A stretch of DNA of 45,728 nucleotides from Clostridia bacterium (GCA_017390195.1 JAFPCR010000015.1:1-45728); one strand, 5' to 3'. Positions 35,803 to 44,885 are shown, counted from the first letter of the stretch. Notes: a model not told the origin generated them from the sequence alone. Translations and numbers: made by a program.

Positions 35803-35831
35803 ATTATATCATATAAAATCACTTAATTCAA
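35803..35831 (-). promoter_or_regulatory. Candidate sigma-A promoter of the XRE regulator-cyclase unit
   Basis: On the minus strand: TTGAAT (35831..35826), a 17-nt spacer, then TGa-TATAAT (-10 at 35808..35803). Confidence 0.55.
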
Positions 35832-35842
35832 TACTTAACGAC

Positions 35843-35874
35843 AAAAAAAGGGCTGCGCTATTTACGCAGCCCCT
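35843..35874 (-). terminator. Rho-independent terminator of the hydCBA operon
   Basis: On the minus strand, GGGGCTGCG-taaatag-CGCAGCCC is followed by TTTTTTT. Confidence 0.75.
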
Positions 35875-35879
35875 TAAAA

Positions 35880-37634
35880 TTATTTATTGTTGTAAAGTCC
35901 ACGCTTTACATAGTGAGTGTGAAGGATCTCGTGAGCCTTGTGGCTGTTGGGTTCGCCGAAATATTCATCATAGATCTTCTTTACAGCAGAGCTTTCGTGA
36001 GATTTTCTGATGTCCTTCTGCTCGTCTGCTTTGTAAAGTATAGCCGCTCTGGTAGCTGCCAGATCTATCGAATTACGTACAGAAGCAGGCTGAATAGGCT
36101 GTCCGCCTCCGTTTACGCAACCGCCGGGACAAGCCATAACTTCAATAAACTGAACATCAAGCTCGCCTGCCCTTACAGCATCAAGTATCTTCTTTGCATT
36201 TCCTGAACCGCTTGCAACTGCAACGTTGAGGTTGATGTCGCCGATCTTATAAGATGCGAGCTTAACACCCTCTACGCCACGTACATCGTTGAATTCGACC
36301 TTCTCAAGAGGCTTGCCTTCGATAACCTCGGCAGCCGTACGGAGAGCAGCCTCCATAACACCACCGGTTGCTCCGAAGATAACACCTGCACCCGATGCAA
36401 CATTGAAAGGATCGTCGAAATCTTCATCTGCAAGGTCACGGAATTTGATTCCTGCTTTTTCTATCATTCTGCCGACCTCACGTGTTGTAACAGCAAAGTC
36501 AACATCGGGAACACCTGCTGCAGACTGACCGTCACGGCCTATCTCGAATTTCTTTGCAGTACAAGGAATTGCAGATACAAATACTATATCTTTGGGATCC
36601 CAGCCCATCTTTTCAGCATAATATGTCTTTGCGATTGCTCCGAACATCTGCTGAGGAGACTTACATGTAGAAAGGTTATCAACAAAATCGGGGTAGTAAT
36701 GCTCACAGAACTTGATCCAACCGGGTGAGCATGATGTGATCATCGGCAATGCCCCGCCGTTCTTTACTCTCGAGAGGAATTCATTTGCTTCTTCAAGAAT
36801 CGTAAGGTCTGCGGTGAAGTTCATATCGAATACACCGTCAAATCCAAGTCTTCTGAGTGCCGCAACCATCTTGCCCTCGCAATCGGTTCCGGGAGCATAT
36901 CCGAAGCATTCGCCTATCTGTGCTCTTACAGAAGGTGCAGTACAGATGAGGACATGCTTTGTCGGGTCTGCAATTGCATCAAATATCTTATCGGTATCAT
37001 CTCTTTCATAAAGAGCTCCAACAGGACAGGAAACGATACACTGACCGCAATTGATACATGATGTGGAAGCAAGATCCTGTCCGAAAGCACAGCTGATCTC
37101 TGTGTCGAATCCACGGTTGTTTGCACCGATAACTCCGACTCCCTGATTGTTACATGCACCTACACAACGGCGGCAAAGAATACATTTGTTGTTATCACGA
37201 ATGATCGAAACCGAAGAGTCATCGATCTTATACTCGTTGACAGTTCCCTTTATATATCCCTCATCAACACCGTAGTCACGGCAGAGCTTCTGAAGCTCAC
37301 AGTTTGTGCTGCGTATGCAAGAGAGACATTTCTTTTCGTGGTTGGAAAGAATGAGCTGGAGGTTCATCTTTCTCGATGCCTGAACACGGGGAGTGTTAGT
37401 GAAGATCTCCATACCCTCGTTTACGGGGTATACACATGCCGTAACAAGTCCTCTTGCTCCCTTAACCTCAACCAAGCAGAGACGGCATGCACCGATCTCG
37501 TTTATATCTTTAAGATAGCAAAGTGTGGGAATATCGATATTTGCGATTCTTGCCGCCTCAAGAACGGTAGAACCCTGAGGCACTGCGTATTCCACACCGT
37601 TAATTTTTACATTTACTGTTGCCATTTTTCGCAA
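35880..37634 (-). CDS. hydA: [FeFe] hydrogenase catalytic subunit HydA (M3 architecture; HydABC/Hnd-type context)
   Basis: It has an N-terminal 2Fe-2S domain (CRLCLVEV..C), a His-ligated 4Fe-4S (HEKKCLSCIRSTNC) and two ferredoxin motifs (CILCRRCVGAC, CINCGQCIVSCP). The H-domain has L3 EVMACPGGCVNGGGQP. L1 reads TSCSPGW and L2 reads IPCTAKKFE (see findings). Confidence 0.9.
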   Translation of the reverse strand: MRKMATVNVKINGVEYAVPQGSTVLEAARIANIDIPTLCYLKDINEIGACRLCLVEVKGARGLVTACVYPVNEGMEIFTNTPRVQASRKMNLQLILSNHEKKCLSCIRSTNCELQKLCRDYGVDEGYIKGTVNEYKIDDSSVSIIRDNNKCILCRRCVGACNNQGVGVIGANNRGFDTEISCAFGQDLASTSCINCGQCIVSCPVGALYERDDTDKIFDAIADPTKHVLICTAPSVRAQIGECFGYAPGTDCEGKMVAALRRLGFDGVFDMNFTADLTILEEANEFLSRVKNGGALPMITSCSPGWIKFCEHYYPDFVDNLSTCKSPQQMFGAIAKTYYAEKMGWDPKDIVFVSAIPCTAKKFEIGRDGQSAAGVPDVDFAVTTREVGRMIEKAGIKFRDLADEDFDDPFNVASGAGVIFGATGGVMEAALRTAAEVIEGKPLEKVEFNDVRGVEGVKLASYKIGDINLNVAVASGSGNAKKILDAVRAGELDVQFIEVMACPGGCVNGGGQPIQPASVRNSIDLAATRAAILYKADEQKDIRKSHESSAVKKIYDEYFGEPNSHKAHEILHTHYVKRGLYNNK

Positions 37635-37645
37635 TCTCCTTCCGT

Positions 37646-39547
37646 TTACTGTTTGCTGATTGCATCAAACTTACATCCGCTCATACAAGCACCGCACTTT
37701 ACGCACTTAGCGGCATCGATCGTAAGCGAAGGCAATTTGTGTCCCGGTGCAACATAATCTGTCTTTATAATTGCATCTGCAGGACAGTTCTTAGCACACT
37801 TTCCGCAACCGATACATTTCTCTTTGTCGATCGTATAGTTAAGAAGCTTCTTACATACGCCCGCAGGACACTTCTTATCCACGATGTGAGCGATATATTC
37901 GTCCTTGAAGTAACGCAGAGTAGAAACAACGGGGTTAGGTGCTGTCTGACCGAGACCGCAGAGGGATGCACTCTGAATATACTTGCAAAGTTCTTCCATT
38001 CTGTCGATATCCTCAAGCTCTCCGTTGCCGGAAATTATCTTATCGAGGATCTCAAGAAGTCTCTTAGTACCGACACGGCAAGGTGTACATTTTCCGCAGG
38101 ATTCGTCAACTGTAAAGTCAAGGAAGAATTTTGCGATATCAACCATACAGTTATCTTCGTCCATAACGATAAGTCCGCCTGAACCCATCATAGAACCGAT
38201 AGCAAGAAGGTTGTCGTAATCTATGGGGGTGTCTATGAGCGATGCGGGGATACAACCACCGGAAGGTCCGCCTGTCTGAGCAGCTTTGAACTTTTTACCG
38301 TTCGGAATTCCTCCGCCGATCTCCTCAATGACCTCACGCAGAGTCGTTCCCATCGGAATCTCAACAAGTCCTGTATTTACGATCTTTCCGCCAATAGCGA
38401 ATACCTTTGTTCCCTTTGATTTCTCAGTACCCATCGAAGCAAACCAATCTGCACCCTTGAGAATGATCTGGGCGATATTGGCGTATGTTTCAACGTTGTT
38501 GAGAATGGTGGGCTTACCGAACAATCCCTTAACTGCGGGGAACGGAGGACGGGGACGAGGCTCTCCACGCTTACCTTCAATAGAAGTCATAAGTGCAGTC
38601 TCTTCTCCGCAAACGAATGCACCCGCACCGAAACGGAGCTGAACATCAAAGCTGAAGTCTGTTCCGAAGATATTCTCTCCGAGCAAGCCCTCGTTGTGCG
38701 CCTGATCAATTGCGATCTTCAAACGGTGAATAGCGATCGGATATTCAGCACGTACATATATGTAGCCCTGATCAGAGCCAATTGCGTAACCTGCAATAGC
38801 CATTGCTTCGAGAACCGAGTGGGGGTCTCCTTCAAGAACCGAACGGTCCATGAATGCTCCGGGGTCTCCCTCGTCTGCGTTACAGCAAACATATTTCTTT
38901 CCGGTCGAGCCCATAGCGAATTTCCACTTCAAGCCTGTCGGGAATCCTGCTCCTCCACGTCCTCTGAGTCCGGAGTCCAGAATAGTCTGAACGACTTCCT
39001 CACGAGTCATTGATGTAAGAACTTTTCCGAGAGCCTGATATCCGTCTCTCGCTATGTAATCATTGACGTTTTCGGGGTCGATAACTCCGCAGTTGTGAAG
39101 AGCAACACGGTGCTGCTTCTTGTAGAACGTCATATCGTTGAGACCTGCAACGGCATGATGGTCACCTGTCTGTTCGTGGAATTCAAAACGTTCAACAGGT
39201 GTACCGCCAATGATATGAGAATCAACTATCTCCTCGATATCTGCGGGGGTTATTCTGCTATAGAAGGTGCTGTCAGGGTAAACGATCATAATCGGTCCAA
39301 GTGCACAGAGACCGAAGCAACCGGTGGTTATTACCTTAACTTCATCTGCAATTCCCCTTGCATCGAGAACCTGTTCGAGTTTTTCTCTGATGGTAAGGCT
39401 TCCAGAGGATGTGCATCCTGTACCTCCACAAATAAGAATGTGTTTGCGGATCTTTCCTTCTTTGGCATCGAGATTTCCTACACGCAGTCCGATGGTAGGA
39501 GCATATGCTTCTCTGGCCGCATTAAGGTCGGCTAATGTCTTAATCAT
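37646..39547 (-). CDS. hydB: NADH-binding flavoprotein subunit HydB (NuoF-like, with thioredoxin-like 2Fe-2S N-terminus and 2x[4Fe-4S] C-terminus)
   Basis: Motifs: FMN/NADH site GLRGRGGAGFPTGLKW, N3 cluster ESCGKCTPCR, N-terminal CGGTGC..CFGLCALGP, and C-terminal CIGCGKCAKNCP and CVKCGACMSGC. Confidence 0.9.
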   Translation of the reverse strand: MIKTLADLNAAREAYAPTIGLRVGNLDAKEGKIRKHILICGGTGCTSSGSLTIREKLEQVLDARGIADEVKVITTGCFGLCALGPIMIVYPDSTFYSRITPADIEEIVDSHIIGGTPVERFEFHEQTGDHHAVAGLNDMTFYKKQHRVALHNCGVIDPENVNDYIARDGYQALGKVLTSMTREEVVQTILDSGLRGRGGAGFPTGLKWKFAMGSTGKKYVCCNADEGDPGAFMDRSVLEGDPHSVLEAMAIAGYAIGSDQGYIYVRAEYPIAIHRLKIAIDQAHNEGLLGENIFGTDFSFDVQLRFGAGAFVCGEETALMTSIEGKRGEPRPRPPFPAVKGLFGKPTILNNVETYANIAQIILKGADWFASMGTEKSKGTKVFAIGGKIVNTGLVEIPMGTTLREVIEEIGGGIPNGKKFKAAQTGGPSGGCIPASLIDTPIDYDNLLAIGSMMGSGGLIVMDEDNCMVDIAKFFLDFTVDESCGKCTPCRVGTKRLLEILDKIISGNGELEDIDRMEELCKYIQSASLCGLGQTAPNPVVSTLRYFKDEYIAHIVDKKCPAGVCKKLLNYTIDKEKCIGCGKCAKNCPADAIIKTDYVAPGHKLPSLTIDAAKCVKCGACMSGCKFDAISKQ

Positions 39548-39577
39548 AATATTTTAAACCTCCAATATTCCATTTGC

Positions 39578-40075
39578 TTAGTCCTTGTATTTAGCAAGGA
39601 TCGTGGGAACATCTGCTTTTGTGAGTCGTCCGTAAACCTCACCGTTTACTGTGAGTACGGGAGCAAGACCGCATGCACCTATGCAACGTGTAGCTTCAAG
39701 TGAATATTTTCCGTCAGCAGATGTGCTTCCGACAGGAATGTCCAACAGCCTGGAGAACTCTTCGACTATATCGCCCGAGCCTTTTACATAGCAAGCTGTA
39801 CCGAGACAAACAGCAACTGCGATCTGTCCGTCGGGATTGAGCTTAAACTGTGCGTAAAAAGATACAATACCATAGATCTCTTCGAGAGCCACTCCGGTCC
39901 TTTCAGCTATAATGGTTTGAACTTCAATAGGAAGATAGCCGTAAATTTCCTGAGCCTCCTGAAGTATGGGCATCATTGCCCCCCTAACTCCGGCATACTT
40001 GTCAATTACAGCAATAAGTTTTTCTTCCTGCTCTTTGGTTCCTTTGAAGTTGACCGTAGTCAATTTCTTTTTCAT
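39578..40075 (-). CDS. hydC: 2Fe-2S thioredoxin-like subunit HydC (NuoE-like)
   Basis: 165 aa with CLGTACYVKG and CIGACGLAP cysteine motifs. It is the first gene of the three-gene operon. Confidence 0.9.
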   Translation of the reverse strand: MKKKLTTVNFKGTKEQEEKLIAVIDKYAGVRGAMMPILQEAQEIYGYLPIEVQTIIAERTGVALEEIYGIVSFYAQFKLNPDGQIAVAVCLGTACYVKGSGDIVEEFSRLLDIPVGSTSADGKYSLEATRCIGACGLAPVLTVNGEVYGRLTKADVPTILAKYKD

Positions 40076-40224
40076 AGAATAAACCTCCTGAATTGATATA
40101 AATTGAAACTCTTATAAAAAATAAATTTCAAACAACCTTAAATTTCTCGCAGCACCCGAGTATGCTCGATACTACCTCGTCGCCCGAGATCAGTACATTT
40201 ACAATGCACCATAGCATACAAATT

Positions 40225-40253
40225 ATTATAACACAATGTACAAGCAAAGTCTA
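40225..40253 (-). promoter_or_regulatory. Candidate sigma-A promoter of hydCBA
   Basis: On the minus strand: TAGACT (40253..40248), a 17-nt spacer, then TGt-TATAAT (-10 at 40230..40225). This predicts a leader of about 140 nt. Confidence 0.4.
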
Positions 40254-40378
40254 TACTTTTTCGAAGAAATTTTATCTTTTTTGCCTTATAATTTCAAATT
40301 ATTGCCTTGCTTTTCGATAAAAGCCGAAAAAGGTCATATCTGACACAGCGTTATGTCTGACAAGACCTTTTTATCGGA

Positions 40379-41338
40379 TCAAAATTCTTTTTTCAGCGAG
40401 CGTTCGAACAATTTGCTCATTGCCGATTCGGCACGTTCCCCGTTATAAAGAACGTCATATACGGCGTTGCATATAGGAAGCTCGACTTGATATTTTTTGC
40501 TGAGGTTGATCAATGCGGCAACCGTGTAATATCCTTCTGCCAACTGATCATATTTCTCTCCCCTTACGATCATCTCGCCGAACATTCTGTTGTGGCTGAA
40601 TTTGGAAAACACAGTAGCCTCATAGTCTCCCAGATGGCAAAGCCCGTAAGCCGACAGCTCATTTCCGCCAAGAGCTGAAATGAGTCTTGATATTTCACGT
40701 GTTCCACGAGACATAAGTGCCCCTTTGAGCGTTGAAAGATTAAGGCCGTCGAGAATTCCCGCAGCTATTCCTATAACATTTTTTGATGCAGCTCCTACTT
40801 CGTTTCCGATAAGGTCGGCTCCGTAATAAAAGCGTATGAGGTCGCTTGAAAACTCATTGACCAGTTTGTTCTTAACATTCTCATCTGCACTGTCTATGAC
40901 CATACAGTTTGGTATCCCCGCACAAAATTCCTGCGGGTGTCCGGGACCGAGCCAAACGGCAACACGGTTAGATTCATCAAGACCTTTTGAGGCGATCTCA
41001 GACAGACGTTCCCCCGTCTCTATTTCGATTCCCTTCATGCAAAGGACGAATATAGTGTTCTTAACGCCCTTTTCGTTTATCTCTTTGATAAGCGATCTAA
41101 GTCCTTGTGAGTTTATCGATATTACTATAACGTCGGGAGAATCAAGAGCAACATCAATAGAGGTTTCCAGCTTAACACTCTCGGGGAAAGTAACGATACC
41201 GTTTGTCCTTGTATTAAACAAAGATATGGTGTTATTGTTGTCCATCTTACTGTATACTGTCACAGTGTGTCCTATTTTATCAAGATACCAAGCAATGCAC
41301 GAGCCCCAACGTCCACATCCTATTACTGTAATTTTCAT
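40379..41338 (-). CDS. gpsA: NAD(P)H-dependent glycerol-3-phosphate dehydrogenase
   Basis: MKITVIGCGRWGS is the Rossmann fold, with GpsA-like core motifs (GPGHPQEF, NVIGIAAGILDGL). I set the start at the ATG at 41338, because the ORF-track extension covers the promoter. Confidence 0.9.
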   Translation of the reverse strand: MKITVIGCGRWGSCIAWYLDKIGHTVTVYSKMDNNNTISLFNTRTNGIVTFPESVKLETSIDVALDSPDVIVISINSQGLRSLIKEINEKGVKNTIFVLCMKGIEIETGERLSEIASKGLDESNRVAVWLGPGHPQEFCAGIPNCMVIDSADENVKNKLVNEFSSDLIRFYYGADLIGNEVGAASKNVIGIAAGILDGLNLSTLKGALMSRGTREISRLISALGGNELSAYGLCHLGDYEATVFSKFSHNRMFGEMIVRGEKYDQLAEGYYTVAALINLSKKYQVELPICNAVYDVLYNGERAESAMSKLFERSLKKEF

Positions 41339-41368
41339 ATATAAAACTCCAAGCTTTTTAACAATTTG

Positions 41369-41382
41369 TATATATATATATA
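41369..41382. repeat. (TA)7 dinucleotide repeat
   Basis: tatatatatatata at 41369..41382 overlaps the predicted -10 and transcription start region of gpsA. Confidence 0.9.
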
Positions 41383-41408
41383 TTATCACACCCTGCACCA
41401 ATTGTCAA
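41380..41408 (-). promoter_or_regulatory. Candidate sigma-A promoter of gpsA
   Basis: On the minus strand: TTGACA (41408..41403), a 17-nt spacer, then TGa-TAATAT (-10 at 41385..41380). Confidence 0.5.
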
Positions 41409-41458
41409 TAAATCAATACAGTATCTGCCAATTTATTTTGATTTAAAACAGAGCTAAT

Positions 41459-41494
41459 GCCGAATACCGACTGCAAATTTTATCGGTATTCGGC
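41459..41494 (-). terminator. Stem-loop downstream of the mini P-loop gene (probable terminator)
   Basis: 12-bp perfect stem GCCGAATACCGA / TCGGTATTCGGC with a 12-nt loop, 31 nt after the stop codon. The U-tract on the minus strand is not immediately adjacent, hence the moderate confidence. Confidence 0.45.
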
Positions 41495-41524
41495 ATTTAA
41501 ATAAGCTCTATTGTTTTTGTGAAA

Positions 41525-41932
41525 TTACATATGTTTCTTAATAAGGTCAGATGCTTCTTCAACAGGGAGAGAAGCTGTCATAACGATGTTAACTTTATGT
41601 GTTTCAGTAAGCTCGTCAAGCTCGAGAATCAATTTTTCAAAAGCTGCCATGTCCTGGTTGCAAATCTTCAGTGTAGAGTCTACGAAGAGGTCGGTTACAT
41701 CGTGATTTGCAGACATAACACCTGCAATAAATCCATAAAGTGACTGAGCATCAAAAATCAAATATTCATTAGAGTTAATGAGTCTGACCTGATACTTCAG
41801 ATCGTATCTGAGCTTAACTCCCTTTTCGATGCAAACGACAGAGCCTTGTGTCTTTTCGACTGCCTCGTTCACCATTGAGATGAGAGTCTTTGTTTTTCCT
41901 GTACCCTTAACTCCAACTATAAGTTTTAACAT
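41525..41932 (-). CDS. Small stand-alone P-loop NTPase-like protein (135 aa), family unknown
   Basis: Walker A GVKGTGKT at residues 7-14 and a possible Walker B in DLFVDS. GGAGGA RBS 8 nt upstream. It has its own promoter and hairpin. Confidence 0.55.
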   Translation of the reverse strand: MLKLIVGVKGTGKTKTLISMVNEAVEKTQGSVVCIEKGVKLRYDLKYQVRLINSNEYLIFDAQSLYGFIAGVMSANHDVTDLFVDSTLKICNQDMAAFEKLILELDELTETHKVNIVMTASLPVEEASDLIKKHM

Positions 41933-41976
41933 GATTTTTATCCTCCGGTTTCATCTTGTATCTTTTGGGTATTATG

Positions 41977-42005
41977 ATTATATCACAAAAAATACGGTTT
42001 TGCAA
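41977..42005 (-). promoter_or_regulatory. Candidate sigma-A promoter of the mini P-loop gene
   Basis: On the minus strand: TTGCAA (42005..42000), a 17-nt spacer, then TGa-TATAAT (-10 at 41982..41977). Confidence 0.55.
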
Positions 42006-42043
42006 GAGTTTTTTTGTATATTTTTTCGTATTTTGAACAAAAT

Positions 42044-43378
42044 TTACATTCTCTGCTCGAGAGCTTTCTTGTGTTCCTCATATCCGGGCTTTCCGAGAAG
42101 AGCAAACATGTTCTTCTTATATGCCTCAACTCCGGGCTGATTAAAGGGATTTACACCGAGCAGGTATCCCGATACAGCACAAGCAAGCTCGAAGAAGTAG
42201 ATCATATAACCGAGAGAATGCTCGCTTCTGTCCTCTACTTCGAGAAGAATATTCGGAACTCCTCCGTCGATATGAGCAAAGAGTGTTCCCTGCATTGCAG
42301 TCTTGTTTACAAAGTTCAAGTCCTTACCTGAAAGGAAGTTCAAGCCGTCAATGTTGTTGGGGTCATCGGGGATAATAAATTCGCTTGAGGGGTTAACAAC
42401 AGACACAACAGTCTCGAAAATGTCTCTTCTTCCCTCCTGTACGTACTGTCCGAGAGAATGGAGGTCGGTCGAGAAAATTACAGATGCCGGGAACAGACCT
42501 CTGTTGTCCTTTCCCTCACTCTCTCCGTAGAGCTGCTTCCACCACTCTTGGAGCATCTGCAAATAAGGCTCATATCCCACCATGATCTCAGTGGTCTTGC
42601 CCTTGCGATAAAGGATGTTACGGATCGCTGCATACTTAAAGCAATCGTTCTTTGCAATGTCGGGATCTGTAAGTTCCTTCCTTGCGTCGTTTGCACCCTG
42701 CATAAGAGCATCAATATCTATTCCTGCAACAGCGATAGGCAAAAGTCCTACAGCAGTAAGAACTGAGAAACGTCCTCCGACATCATCGGGAACGACGAAA
42801 GTCTGATATCCTGCTTCGTCAGAGAAGCTCTTGAGTGTTCCCTTTGCACGGTCTGTGGTAACAAATATTCTTTCTCTTGCACCGTCTTTGCCGTATTTTG
42901 ATTCGAGAAGATTTCTGAATACTCTGAATGCAACTGCGGGCTCGGTAGTAGTACCCGACTTTGAAATTACGTTGATGCAGACATCTTTTCCCTCGCAGAT
43001 CGAGAGAAGCTCATTAAGTGCCTGAGCACTTATATTACAGCCTGAGAAATAAATGTCGGGAGTTTTTTTGTTAAGATTGTTATAAAGAGGAGATTTCATA
43101 AACTCGATTGCAGCACGTGCTCCGAGGTATGATCCTCCGATGCCGATAACAACGAGTATATCGCAGCTTTCCTGAATCTTTTTTGCACTTTCCTTGATTG
43201 CGGCAAATTCAGCCTTATCGTAATTTTCGGGGAGGTCTACCCATCCGAGAAAATCGTTTCCTGCACCCGATCTGTCGACGATCATATTCTGTGCCGTTTT
43301 TACCATCGGCTGAATGTTTGCGTATTCTTCCTCACCGATAAATGATTTCAAATACTTATCGTTTAATTTCAAAGTCAT
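42044..43378 (-). CDS. pgi: Glucose-6-phosphate isomerase (Firmicutes-type, about 445 aa)
   Basis: Motifs [23 protein letters not shown] and a C-terminal [13 protein letters not shown] set the start at the ATG at 43378 ([10 protein letters not shown]). Confidence 0.9.
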   Translation of the reverse strand: MTLKLNDKYLKSFIGEEEYANIQPMVKTAQNMIVDRSGAGNDFLGWVDLPENYDKAEFAAIKESAKKIQESCDILVVIGIGGSYLGARAAIEFMKSPLYNNLNKKTPDIYFSGCNISAQALNELLSICEGKDVCINVISKSGTTTEPAVAFRVFRNLLESKYGKDGARERIFVTTDRAKGTLKSFSDEAGYQTFVVPDDVGGRFSVLTAVGLLPIAVAGIDIDALMQGANDARKELTDPDIAKNDCFKYAAIRNILYRKGKTTEIMVGYEPYLQMLQEWWKQLYGESEGKDNRGLFPASVIFSTDLHSLGQYVQEGRRDIFETVVSVVNPSSEFIIPDDPNNIDGLNFLSGKDLNFVNKTAMQGTLFAHIDGGVPNILLEVEDRSEHSLGYMIYFFELACAVSGYLLGVNPFNQPGVEAYKKNMFALLGKPGYEEHKKALEQRM

Positions 43379-43520
43379 TTTGCATACCTGCCTTGTTTTT
43401 AAAAAATTTACTTTATCATTTATTCTACTACTTTCAACAGAGTTTTGCAATATGTTTTTTCAAATATTTTATAATATTTTGTTAAATTGCAATTTTGATG
43501 CTGTGTTTTGGCAAGTGTGA

Positions 43521-44768
43521 TCATATCATCAAGAACCTTGCTGTCATTCGCATCAAAAGTTGAAAATAATTTATTTTCTCTACCGTTTCCGATGCCACGA
43601 TATCTACACTTCCTATCGTTTGCTCTCCTATAGAATATGTGATACTTCCGAGCTTTTCACCTTTTTTCAACGGTGCAGGAAACGATTCCTCCAAAGAGAC
43701 CGTTTTCTTCACTTCTGAGAGCTTCCCTTTAGGAACTACACACGAAAACGACTGAAATTCCACCGAACAAACATCCTTCACACCACCGATGACACCGACA
43801 TTTCCCATACTCTGTCCCTCACACTCGAAGACCGCATAATTCGCAAAACCCCAATCCAACAAGCTGACCGCCGCCGCATTTCTCACATCTCTTGTCGGAG
43901 AGCCTAAGATAACGCAGATAAGTGACATACCGTCACGTTCTGCGGTTGCCGAAATACAGAATTTTGCCTTTGAAGTAGATCCTGTTTTAAGACCTGTCGC
44001 ACCCTTGTAAAACCTGACAAGTCGATTTGTGTTGCTAAGTCCGAATGTTCCGTCTCTTACCGTGTCCATCCAGATCGAACTGTATTCAAGGATCTTTTTG
44101 TGGCTTATCAGTTCCCTTGATATGATTGCTATATCACGTGCCGACATAACATGGTTTTGTACTGTGTCGTCAAGTCCGTTTGTGTTTTCAAAACGGGCAT
44201 TTGATGCCCCAAGCTCAGCGGCACGTTTGTTCATCATCTCGACAAAGCCCTTTTCACTTCCTCCGATATGCTCGGCAAGTGCAACTGCCGCATCGTTTGC
44301 CGAAGAGATCACAACGCATTTTATCATGTCCTCTACCGTCATCTGTTCGCCCTCTTTTAAGTATACTTGAGAGCCTCCCATAGATGCCGCATTTGCACTC
44401 GTTGTCACCATATCATCTAATTTAATCTTCCCCGAATCTACGGCTTCCATTACCAAAAGCAGAGTCATAATTTTGGTTACAGATGCGGGGGGCAATGCTT
44501 CGTCGGCATTTTGCTCGTACAGTACAGTACCCGTTTTCGCCTCCATGAGCAATGCACTCTTGCAGTCCAAGCCAAGATCAACGTCTGCATCAAATAACAC
44601 ACCGTTTCCTATAACGATTTGATCAGAATTATTGATGCTTGTCGAGTCGGTCATACCAAGTGCAAAGGAAAGGATCGAAAGCGGTTGCACGATCATAATT
44701 ACAGCAACGGCAATTGTCAAAATCGTTTTTGCCCTTTTTAATAATTTAAACGCTTTAATCAATTTCAT
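43521..44768 (-). CDS. D-alanyl-D-alanine carboxypeptidase (S11 family, PBP5-like)
   Basis: Motifs SxxK (SVTKIM), SxN (SANDAA) and KTG (KTGST), with an N-terminal signal/anchor. I set the start at the ATG at 44768 (MKLIKAF). Confidence 0.85.
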   Translation of the reverse strand: MKLIKAFKLLKRAKTILTIAVAVIMIVQPLSILSFALGMTDSTSINNSDQIVIGNGVLFDADVDLGLDCKSALLMEAKTGTVLYEQNADEALPPASVTKIMTLLLVMEAVDSGKIKLDDMVTTSANAASMGGSQVYLKEGEQMTVEDMIKCVVISSANDAAVALAEHIGGSEKGFVEMMNKRAAELGASNARFENTNGLDDTVQNHVMSARDIAIISRELISHKKILEYSSIWMDTVRDGTFGLSNTNRLVRFYKGATGLKTGSTSKAKFCISATAERDGMSLICVILGSPTRDVRNAAAVSLLDWGFANYAVFECEGQSMGNVGVIGGVKDVCSVEFQSFSCVVPKGKLSEVKKTVSLEESFPAPLKKGEKLGSITYSIGEQTIGSVDIVASETVEKINYFQLLMRMTARFLMI

Positions 44769-44842
44769 CACCTCATGAAAATATATGAAACAAATCAAAG
44801 CATTATTTACTAAACATCATTTTAATATTGAAATATTCATAT

Positions 44843-44880
44843 AAAAAACGGATATCCGAAGAATCTGCTTCGGATATCCT
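44843..44880 (-). terminator. Rho-independent terminator of galM
   Basis: On the minus strand, GGATATCCGAAG-cagatt-CTTCGGATATCC is followed by GTTTTTT. Confidence 0.75.
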
Positions 44881-44885
44881 GTCTT

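Noticed and set aside
35764-35826. 20-codon ORF (MPLCEKVNNIYFLIISYKIT) divergent from the XRE/TPR-like regulator, reminiscent of the short hydrophobic peptides paired with Rgg regulators.
   Set aside because: There is no Shine-Dalgarno sequence, and the only room for a promoter is inside the regulator's coding sequence. The ORF is largely made of the palindromic operator sequence, so its existence is probably incidental. It is worth rechecking only if the regulator proves to be RNPP-like.
40076-40224. The hydCBA leader of about 140 nt as a possible riboswitch or attenuator.
   Set aside because: It contains only three 4-bp mini-hairpins (CUCG..CGAG, GUAU..AUAC) and a repeated CUCGGG. I recognise no known riboswitch core and no terminator-like structure before the RBS. 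I cannot support a call without covariation data.
41369-41382. (TA)7 repeat as a phase-variation switch for gpsA.
   Set aside because: Seven dinucleotide units is short. The repeat also lies at or after the -10 box and not in the -35/-10 spacer, so slippage would not change promoter geometry. An essential lipid-synthesis gene is an unlikely phase-variation target.
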